From an uncultured Clostridia bacterium (lineage in GTDB: Bacteria > Bacillota > Clostridia > Christensenellales > UBA1242), in assembly GCA_944350085.1 (NCBI GenBank), contig CALVNY010000007.1, forward strand, positions 657-64,656: a stretch of DNA of 64,000 bases. Reading direction: 5' to 3'. The notes under the pieces were generated by a model. It searched no databases and was not told where the DNA came from. It worked only from the letters and a program-made list of their open reading frames with translations. Numbering within the stretch: the stretch's first letter is position 1; every line of letters starts with the position of its first letter. The position numbers and the translations under genes were made by a program. Of the stretch, positions 55,625 to 64,000 are shown piece by piece.

Positions 55625-55871
55625 TAATATTATTTTAATTTTATTATCATTTTTTATTTTCGACATTTTTATTTGTTTAATTGTTATAATACCACCCTAT
55701 CAACTTAAAAACAATTATTAAATTTATATAAAAAATTTTATTATAATAGTTTTTTATTTCACACAACAACATTGGTTTTACTTCCAAATATTTAATTTTA
55801 AACAAAATTAAAATCACATTTACCAAAACACTTTTTTTGTGGTAAAATATGTAATACAAGGAGATTACACT

Positions 55872-56261
55872 ATGGAATTAAAAGGTAGATTTGAATATTA
55901 TAAAACAGCAAAAGGTTTTTTTAATTACAGGCTAAAAGCATCTAACAACGAAACAATTGCTGTAAGTGGGAGCACAGGCTACACAACTTTGTCTGGTTGC
56001 AAAGCAGGCATTGAAAGTGTAAGAAAAAACACCAATGCCCCAATTGAAGACCAAACTCTTAAAAATCCAAAAACTTTAACAAACCCCAAATTTGAAATTT
56101 ACTTAGACAAAACTGGAAAGTTTAGATATAGACTTTATGCAAGAAATGGAGAACTTATTTGCAGAAGTGAAGATGGTTATGCAAGCAAAGATAGTTGCAA
56201 AAAAGGTATAGCTAGTTTAGGAAAATGGGCATTAAATTCAGATATTGTTAAAGAAGATTAA
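55872..56261 (+). CDS. YegP/DUF1508 tandem-domain protein
   Basis: Two repeats of the F.YR(L).A.NGE.I..S.GY.S...C..GI.S pattern. The ATG at 55872 follows AAGGAG. Confidence 0.7.
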   Translation: MELKGRFEYYKTAKGFFNYRLKASNNETIAVSGSTGYTTLSGCKAGIESVRKNTNAPIEDQTLKNPKTLTNPKFEIYLDKTGKFRYRLYARNGELICRSEDGYASKDSCKKGIASLGKWALNSDIVKED

Positions 56262-56335
56262 TTTTACATATAAAAAATTTATTAAAAACCTTAATGCATT
56301 TAATAAGGTTATTGTTCTATTGTTAAATAAGTCAA

Positions 56336-56366
56336 TAAAAAAGAGATTTAAACAATCTCTTTTTTA
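56336..56366. terminator. Intrinsic terminator of eno
   Basis: AGAGATT (56342-56348) pairs with AATCTCT (56354-56360). Confidence 0.75.
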
Positions 56367-56378
56367 TTTTTTATAAAA

Positions 56379-57707
<1,329 letters not shown>

Positions 57708-58037
57708 TTATAAATTGATGTTTTAGATATAAAACAAAACAAAAGTTTTAGCACAATGCCTCAACTTTTATTTAACAAAAAATATTAAATTTTATAAAAA
57801 TGCTTGTTTCATATCTAATTAAATTATACCTTTATTTAATTTTGTGGTCAAACATTTAATAAAATAACTATGCTAAATTAATTTAAAACTCAAAAATTTT
57901 TTAATTGATTATCTTTGCTTAAATTTAAAAAAATAATTTAATATTGTCACAAAAAATCAATTTTCATTTAACATTTTACAATATTTTTAATTTTAAAATT
58001 TAGGACATAATATTTAACAGAAAACATATCAATGTTC

Positions 58038-58066
58038 TTGTGTATTAAAAAACATTGTGTTACAAT
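58038..58066 (+). promoter_or_regulatory. Candidate promoter
   Basis: TTGTGT (58038-58043), 17 nt, TACAAT (58061-58066) preceded by TGt. Confidence 0.45.
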
Positions 58067-58100
58067 TTTTTAATTGAATTACACCATCAAGGAGAAAAAA

Positions 58101-59282
58101 ATGAAAATATCTGTTATTGGAACAACTAAACCAAATTACACTGCATCAAAAGAAGAACTTGAAATTTTTAGTGGTCATAATGCAGGCGTTTGCTACATGC
58201 CAAACAGTTTTGAAGATTTGCTTAATGAAAGCAAAAAGAGAACACAAAATCGCATCAATCAAACAAAATCTAGTGGACATCATAGTGTTTATGACCATGC
58301 AAATATTAGCCTTTATTTAGAAGGAATTCCAAAAGCACTAGCCATTGTTTTAAACAATGAAAAGCAGTACACCACAAGCGAAAAAAGTGGAAGATACACA
58401 AAAATGTCAGCAGTTGGCCATGAAAAAGAAATTTATGACAAATGGTGTGAAAAATTTAAAGTGTTAATTAAAAATAAATACCAAGAAAAATGCCCAACCT
58501 TTTTTACAGACAGCAGAATTGAAAAGTTGGCACAAGAAAATGCAAGATATTTGCTTTCAATGTTTACCCCATCAACTTCGATGGTGTACACAACTACATA
58601 CAGACAACTTAATTATTTGTACCATTTTATGCAAAAAGAAATTCAAAAAGATGACAGCACTCAAAACGCATTTTATAAAAAGTTAAAACCTTACTTTGTT
58701 GAATTTTGCAACATAATAAAAGAAAACACTCCTTACTTTGACGAAAAGTTAAACGCCGATTCAAAAAGCAGAACTCTTTCATTAATGTCTTACAACACAC
58801 CAGTGCAGGAATACTTTGGAGATGTGTATGCAACAAGCTATAAAACAAGTTTTGCTTGCTTTGCACAGGCTATTAGACACAGAACAATAAGTTACACAAT
58901 GAGCCTACTTAAAAATCCAGAATTTTATGTTCCACCTATTTTAAACAACGACAAGGATTTAGTTAAAGAATGGTTAAATGATTGTGAAAGCCAAAAAGAT
59001 GAGTTCCCAACAGGAATGTTGATTGGTGTTAATGAAATGGGAACATTTGACAATTTTGTTTTAAAAATGATGGAACGCAAATGCACTTTTGCACAACTTG
59101 AAATTAACAATCTAACAAACGAAATTCTTGCAAATTATGTTGCTGGTTTAAAAGCAACAAACCACCCAAGAAGTAAAGAAATGGAAAGTTACACAAAAGG
59201 AAGCAGGTGCACATTTAGCAATTATACATGTTTAGCACCTTGTGGATTTGTTGACGGCATTACTGAAACAAGATTAATTTAA
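58101..59282 (+). CDS. Divergent ThyX-like (FAD-dependent thymidylate synthase family) protein, two-lobed
   Basis: SGHHSVYDH and SGRYTKM occur in the first half, ARYLL...T.YRQLNYL in the middle, and AIRHRTIS in the second half. The ATG at 58101 follows AAGGAGA. Confidence 0.45.
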   Translation: MKISVIGTTKPNYTASKEELEIFSGHNAGVCYMPNSFEDLLNESKKRTQNRINQTKSSGHHSVYDHANISLYLEGIPKALAIVLNNEKQYTTSEKSGRYTKMSAVGHEKEIYDKWCEKFKVLIKNKYQEKCPTFFTDSRIEKLAQENARYLLSMFTPSTSMVYTTTYRQLNYLYHFMQKEIQKDDSTQNAFYKKLKPYFVEFCNIIKENTPYFDEKLNADSKSRTLSLMSYNTPVQEYFGDVYATSYKTSFACFAQAIRHRTISYTMSLLKNPEFYVPPILNNDKDLVKEWLNDCESQKDEFPTGMLIGVNEMGTFDNFVLKMMERKCTFAQLEINNLTNEILANYVAGLKATNHPRSKEMESYTKGSRCTFSNYTCLAPCGFVDGITETRLI

Positions 59283-59344
59283 TATTAAAAATTTTGTTTA
59301 ATTGAATAAAAACTTTTTAAAATATTTTATTTGTTTAAGTTATC

Positions 59345-59378
59345 AAAAAAATAAAAAGCGATTGATTTCGCTTTTTTA
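59345..59378. terminator. Bidirectional intrinsic terminator
   Basis: AAAGCGA (59355-59361) pairs with TCGCTTT (59368-59374). Confidence 0.75.
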
Positions 59379-59396
59379 TTTTTTACAATATCATAA

Positions 59397-60479
59397 CTAT
59401 CTTTGGTCACTTATGTTTGCGTTGCTATTGTTTTGTTGCAATTCTGAAACTGAACTATATGGTGCCCCTGATGTTGTGCCACTAAGCAAAGCAATGTCAA
59501 CTGCATTTTGTGGGTCACCCCATGAATTGCCAGAAAATTGAAATAATGCTTGGTCCACAACCCAACCCCTAGTGTTAAAAACAACATTTTCTGTAATAAA
59601 ACCTGTTGAATTTGGGTTAAGATAGCCACTTTGTCTTAGCGAATAAATTATATTGTTGTTTATCCAATTATTTTGTGTTCCACCTTGTGTTACAATACCT
59701 CGATTTACAACCCATGTATCTGAACTTCCAGCCTGAGTTGGTCCATAAATTATATTATTTTTTATACGATTGTTGTTTCCACCAATTTGAATAAATTCAA
59801 CAGGATATGGATTGTCGCTTGTCATAGTAAAGCCTTCAATGGTGTTTCCACTTCCTGAAACAAGCAACGGAACAGTGTTTGCAGTTAACAACAATGTGGC
59901 ATTGGGTTTTGCTGTAATTGTAATATTGTTTTTTGAAAGATTTAGAGTTGTGTCAAATGGATATGTTCCATCGTAAACATGTATGGTGCCATTATTTGCA
60001 ACAACATCTAATGCATCTTCAAGTGATGACAAAGGATTGCTTTGAGTTCCTATTCCACCAACAGTGTTACTGCGCACATATATATCGTATGGATTAAAAA
60101 CTGTATTTCCTGCAGGTCCTGTGGCACCTGTGGCTCCTGTGGAACCAGCAATTCCGGTAGAACCCGTGGCACCTGTTACACCTGTTGCTCCTGTTACACC
60201 AGTTGCACCTGTTGCCCCGGTTGGACCTGTAGCTCCTGTTGGACCTGTTATGGTTAATCCATCTGCACCAGTAGCACCAGTTGGTCCCATTGCCCCCGTG
60301 GGACCAGTTGCACCTGTTGGTCCCAATCCTACGGGTCCAGTTGGGCCGGTTGCACCTGTTGGACCAGTGGCACCGGTTGGGCCTTTTTGCCCTAAAATAA
60401 TTTTAGTATAACTTTCATTTTTCCTTTTACAACACGAACAAGGTTGTTTGTTTTTATTAAAAAAATTATTACAAAACAT
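59397..60479 (-). CDS. Collagen-like triple-helix repeat protein with C-terminal parallel beta-helix domain (BclA-like surface or exosporium-type protein)
   Basis: About 30 G-X-T triplets (GPTGATG...) follow a Cys/Lys-rich N-terminus (PCSCCKRK). The C-terminal 230 aa carry repeated NNxI(I/Y) beta-helix rungs. Confidence 0.75.
   Translation of the reverse strand: MFCNNFFNKNKQPCSCCKRKNESYTKIILGQKGPTGATGPTGATGPTGPVGLGPTGATGPTGAMGPTGATGADGLTITGPTGATGPTGATGATGVTGATGVTGATGSTGIAGSTGATGATGPAGNTVFNPYDIYVRSNTVGGIGTQSNPLSSLEDALDVVANNGTIHVYDGTYPFDTTLNLSKNNITITAKPNATLLLTANTVPLLVSGSGNTIEGFTMTSDNPYPVEFIQIGGNNNRIKNNIIYGPTQAGSSDTWVVNRGIVTQGGTQNNWINNNIIYSLRQSGYLNPNSTGFITENVVFNTRGWVVDQALFQFSGNSWGDPQNAVDIALLSGTTSGAPYSSVSELQQNNSNANISDQR
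60102..60392 (-). repeat. Collagen-like GXY triplet repeat coding region
   Basis: A GC-rich 9-nt periodic repeat encodes GPT/GAT/GVT triplets, with two short interruptions (GL, GLTIT). Confidence 0.85.
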
Positions 60480-60654
60480 ATTAAAAACCTACTTTTATAT
60501 TCAATATAAAATATGATAAATTTTAACATTTTGTCACATCATGGTTTTTAATTAAAGTAAACATTAAATATTTTAAATATGTATTATTTAATTAATTTTT
60601 AAAAATTCTATAATAATTTAATTATTTTAATATTAAGGCAAAAAAGTTAAAATA

Positions 60655-61131
60655 TTATAATGTTCCCACATTTGCACTAATTGTGTATTTTACATTATAT
60701 TTTGCAACTAAATTTCTTACAATTCTACTTTCTTTTTTGTCATTAGAAAAAATGTCTACAACTTTATATTTTTCGTAACTTGTTTCGTATGCAATAAACG
60801 CAATATTTGCTTCATGCAAATCATGTTTAAAATCTTTTAAACTATCAGTTGGAACAGAAACCGTAATTTTCCACAACCTTTCTTTTTCAAACTTTCTAGT
60901 GATTGTTAGTGCAATATACACACCAACCAAGTTGCTTAATACAGTAATAATAACAGCAATCCACAAGTCTATGTCAGTAATGCTTTTAATTACAACAGTA
61001 TTAAATCCATAAGAAATTGCATTTATTATACTTGCAATAAATCTTCCCCCTTTAACTGTAATAACACTTTTTAATGTGCTAAGTATAACATTAATTAATG
61101 TTGCGCATGTAAATGCAATTAATAACAACAT
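60655..61131 (-). CDS. UPF0316 / DUF2179 family membrane protein
   Basis: Three N-terminal TM helices (LSTLKSVITVKGGRFIAS pattern) followed by a soluble C-terminal domain. A GGAGGAGG SD is present. Confidence 0.55.
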   Translation of the reverse strand: MLLLIAFTCATLINVILSTLKSVITVKGGRFIASIINAISYGFNTVVIKSITDIDLWIAVIITVLSNLVGVYIALTITRKFEKERLWKITVSVPTDSLKDFKHDLHEANIAFIAYETSYEKYKVVDIFSNDKKESRIVRNLVAKYNVKYTISANVGTL

Positions 61132-61325
61132 AAAATTTACCTCCTCCTTAAATTTACTTTAAAAAATAGCCAACATATAAAAATATGCTGAACAATTTTT
61201 ATTTGGCACAATTTAATTGCCATATTTTTTAGATTGCCATATATAATAATATATTTTAAGCCTTTTTGCAATATAAAATATTAAATAAAATAAAAATCTT
61301 TATTGATTAACTAATTATTGCTTGT

Positions 61326-61363
61326 AAAAAAAAGAATATAATTAAAAAACTATATTCTTTTTA
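61326..61363. terminator. Intrinsic terminator
   Basis: AGAATATA (61333-61340) pairs with TATATTCT (61351-61358). Confidence 0.65.
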
Positions 61364-61398
61364 TTGTTATTTATATATCAAAAATTTTAACTATTGAG

Positions 61399-61998
61399 TT
61401 ATTGCATATATTCTTCATCTAAAACATCAACTACTGCTGAAATGTATTTTGTTTCAAGTGTTCCTTTTTCAGCCAATTTACCTAAGATTGTTTCAGTTTC
61501 TTCAATTGTGGCTTCTTCTTTGTAACTTCTTCCCATTCTTATTGCACTGGTTGTGTCTGCCACTTGTAAAATTTTGTCTAGTTCACTTAAATCATTTGCT
61601 TTTAAATGTTGTGGATAACCAGACCCATCAAGCCTTTCGTGATGATGATATGCAATGTTTAAAATTTTATCTTCAACACCTTTGCTTTTTAAAATTTCAT
61701 AAGTTTTATGAATATGAGAATATCTTAAATCGTCAATTTCTTCTTCTGTTAAGTGGTTGCAATGCAAGATATTTTTATCTATCCCTAATTTACCAATATC
61801 GTGTAGTAATGCTGCTGTGTATAAATCTATCATATCATCTTGTGACAATCCAACATGTGCACCTATTCCAAAAGATAGATTTGCAACTTCAAGGCTGTGC
61901 TCAAATGTTTCAGGTGATTTTTTTTGCAAACTCAAAAGTAAATTTAAAACTGTTTCTTTTAATTCATCTTTGATATATGCATATCTTAAAAATTCCAT
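61399..61998 (-). CDS. Stand-alone HD-GYP domain protein (putative cyclic-di-nucleotide phosphodiesterase)
   Basis: H...HDIGK...HHERLDGSGYP motifs. Confidence 0.8.
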   Translation of the reverse strand: MEFLRYAYIKDELKETVLNLLLSLQKKSPETFEHSLEVANLSFGIGAHVGLSQDDMIDLYTAALLHDIGKLGIDKNILHCNHLTEEEIDDLRYSHIHKTYEILKSKGVEDKILNIAYHHHERLDGSGYPQHLKANDLSELDKILQVADTTSAIRMGRSYKEEATIEETETILGKLAEKGTLETKYISAVVDVLDEEYMQ

Positions 61999-62180
61999 AA
62001 TTCTCCTATTTTATAGTTTGCGAATACAAAAATTTACGCAAATTTTAAATAATCAAACATTACCTCCACTGATATTATAGCACATTGTTAAAAATTTTTC
62101 AATATAATTGAAATTTTGATAATTTACCCATTGAAAACAAACAATAATTACACAACATACAATTAAAACCACCTAACAAG

Positions 62181-62576
62181 TTATTGTTCAATGGTTATTT
62201 CCTTTATAAACTTATCTGGTGGCCATATTTTACCAACCCCAACTCTTACGCCAACATAAATTTTTGCATGCTTTAAATTACAGTGTTTTAAAACATCTAA
62301 GCAATACTTTAAAGCGTCATTTTCCACCTTTTTGTCGTAAGAAAAATCCCCTTTGTAAAATATAATATTTGCCTTATAACAATAGCCACGAGTTAAACTA
62401 TTAAAATCTTCTTTAGAAATTCCAATGCTTTTAGCCCACTCAAAATGAGACATCTCACTATTTTCCAAAAACATAATTTTGTTGTTATATATTAAAAAAG
62501 CAACTCTTGATTTATGAAAATTTTTTATAAAATTTTCATCATTTAAACTTTCATATTTTTTGATATCATAACTCAT
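62181..62576 (-). CDS. Hypothetical protein, 131 aa
   Basis: The ORF stands alone. There is no clear SD and I recognise no motif. Confidence 0.4.
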   Translation of the reverse strand: MSYDIKKYESLNDENFIKNFHKSRVAFLIYNNKIMFLENSEMSHFEWAKSIGISKEDFNSLTRGYCYKANIIFYKGDFSYDKKVENDALKYCLDVLKHCNLKHAKIYVGVRVGVGKIWPPDKFIKEITIEQ

Positions 62577-62713
62577 AACATTATTAGTTTAACATAATTT
62601 AGCAACATAAACAACATCTATAAAATGAAATTCAAACCTTAAAAAAGTTTTAAAAAATTTAGTATTTTGTTAAAATAATAATGTTATTATAATAAACAAA
62701 GGTGAAATTGAAA

Positions 62714-63256
62714 ATGTGTAAAAAATTAAATTTGTCTGATAAAATTTTATTTAAAGCAAGAAAGTTTACTTTAAAATACAATAAAATTAACCCATATAAA
62801 ACACAAAAACAATATAAATTGTTGAAAAAGAATTTGGGCTCAATTGGTGATAATTCTAGAATTATCGCCCCATTTTATTGCGATGATGGGAAAAATATAC
62901 ACATTGGTAACAACTCATACATAAACTATAATGCCACTTTTTTAGACACAGTAAAAATAAATATTGGCAACAATGTTTTCATTGCTCCAAATGTTTCTAT
63001 TTACACAATTTATCACCCATTAGGTTATAAACTACGAAATCAAAAAATAGATTACACAAAAGAAGTTAACATAAAAGATAACTGCTGGATATGTGGCAAT
63101 GTTACAATTCTTCCGGGGGTTACTATTGGAAGTGGCTCTGTTATTGGAGCAAATAGTTTAGTTACTCATGACATACCAGACAATAGTTTAGCCTATGGAA
63201 ATCCAGCAAAAGTTGTAAAAGATTTAACAAAAGAAAATAGTGAAGAACAACAATAA
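62714..63256 (+). CDS. Sugar O-acetyltransferase (maltose/galactoside acetyltransferase family, hexapeptide repeat)
   Basis: The Maa-type N-terminal region is followed by hexapeptide repeats and ends in AYGNPAKVV. I prefer the ATG at 62714, which follows an AAGGTGA SD. Confidence 0.8.
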   Translation: MCKKLNLSDKILFKARKFTLKYNKINPYKTQKQYKLLKKNLGSIGDNSRIIAPFYCDDGKNIHIGNNSYINYNATFLDTVKINIGNNVFIAPNVSIYTIYHPLGYKLRNQKIDYTKEVNIKDNCWICGNVTILPGVTIGSGSVIGANSLVTHDIPDNSLAYGNPAKVVKDLTKENSEEQQ

Positions 63257-63391
63257 TTTTAAATTAAAACAATTATTGTATTTATCTGCAAAAAGTTAAT
63301 TTTATATATATAAGTAAAAAATTAAAGCAACAAATTAAATATGTTAAATATGTTATTAAATTTAAAATATTTATTAACAAAATATTAAGTA

Positions 63392-63432
63392 CAAAAAAAA
63401 AGAAAACAAGAAATTAATCTTGTTTTTCTTTT
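63392..63432. terminator. Bidirectional intrinsic terminator
   Basis: AGAAAACAAGA (63401-63411) pairs with TCTTGTTTTTCT (63418-63429). Confidence 0.7.
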
Positions 63433-64000
63433 AACATTTTATTTAATATTTCTAACCTTTTATATGCTTCTTTAAAAAATTTAAAAGGCTTTGCAATTTG
63501 ATAGCCATATCTGTAATTAGATTCACAAGTAAGTTCATTAACATAATCAGCATCTTTTAATTTTTTTATTATTGTATTCCAATTAATATTTCCATCAAAA
63601 GGAAGCAGGTGTTGGTCATCTCTTTGGTCGTTATCATGAATATGCGTTGCAACAATTTTACCCTTAAACCTATCAAAATTAAATGAGTCTTTAAAATGCA
63701 AATGGTCGTGACCACAATCATAACACACTCTTAAATATTCACTTTGAATATTGTCAAAAATATATTCAAGAGTTCCACTCCATTTTGTGTTTTCAAGTGC
63801 CAATGTAACTTTGTATTTTTCACACGCTTTAACAATTTTTTTAAATCTTTCAATTCCAATCTCACATAAAATTGGCTCTTCGGAACTTTTAGAAGTGTGC
63901 ATAACAGCAATTTTAATATTGTGATATGCTAGTTCCTTAATATCTTTAATTATATAATCCACAAGTTTGTCTCCATCATTTGTGTTTTTCCAAATGTTTG
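63414..64000 (-). CDS. Xylose-isomerase-like TIM-barrel protein (5' end probably outside window)
   Basis: LALEN, CYDCGH and HIHDN motifs. It is a paralog of 48847-49656. The frame stays open from the listed GTG (63962) to the window edge. Confidence 0.65.
   Translation of the reverse strand, partial: NIWKNTNDGDKLVDYIIKDIKELAYHNIKIAVMHTSKSSEEPILCEIGIERFKKIVKACEKYKVTLALENTKWSGTLEYIFDNIQSEYLRVCYDCGHDHLHFKDSFNFDRFKGKIVATHIHDNDQRDDQHLLPFDGNINWNTIIKKLKDADYVNELTCESNYRYGYQIAKPFKFFKEAYKRLEILNKMLKEKQD

Noticed and set aside
60042-60411. Two plus-strand ORFs (PVAPV-repeat and Cys/Ser/Thr-rich) opposite the collagen-like repeat.
   Set aside because: The periodic GXY coding repeat keeps all frames open on both strands. 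The minus-strand frame has the coherent N- and C-terminal domains, so the plus-strand frames are artefacts.
61204-61222. A sigma-54-like TGGCAC...TTGCC element.
   Set aside because: The GG-to-GC spacing is two nt longer than the TGGCAC-N5-TTGC consensus, and no plus-strand gene follows.
61449-61973. A 174-aa ORF on the plus strand, and the similar long antisense ORFs at 30899-31327, 45668-46072, 46989-47405, 35418-35768 and 44816-45154.
   Set aside because: Each lies entirely antisense to a gene with clear family motifs (HD-GYP, pheS, the CofE-like gene, GT2, the ABC ATPase). Their translations are low-complexity Leu/Phe/Ser-rich and lack SD sites. They are shadow ORFs of the real genes.

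Overview
The window is a visibly AT-rich bacterial chromosomal segment that uses the standard genetic code (long intact ORFs, UGA used as stop). It has strong AGGAG-type Shine-Dalgarno sites, many A-run/hairpin/T-run intrinsic terminators and one T-box leader, so the organisation looks Bacillota-like (low-GC Gram-positive lineage). Most of the content is housekeeping: glmS, leuS, a short alaS, dnaB, pheST, folD, idi, eno, rubrerythrin, two DegV, two TetR, an ABC exporter, an OYE-type reductase and a GT2 synthase. Orphan genes are interspersed among these. There are three tRNAs: Arg-CCU (minus), Gln-CUG (plus) and Ser-GCU (minus). I saw no rRNA, CRISPR array, transposase, integrase, prophage or recognisable defence cassette. 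The items I consider most worth follow-up are:
- A roughly 330-nt two-domain structured leader upstream of a YgjV-like membrane protein, which I cannot assign to a known riboswitch class.
- A stop-free cysteine-rich frame with no canonical start codon in the same 950-bp gap.
- A 50-bp perfect direct repeat that duplicates the tRNA-Gln 3' end and brackets a 133-bp GC-rich segment.
- A frameshifted gene and a paralogous gene fragment next to tRNA-Ser.
- A RimK-like ATP-grasp gene with no ATG/GTG/TTG start, translationally coupled to a thioesterase.
- A two-lobed ThyX-like protein, a compact AlaRS, and a collagen-repeat/beta-helix surface protein.
All calls come from reading the sequence and ORF translations by eye. 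No database search was run.
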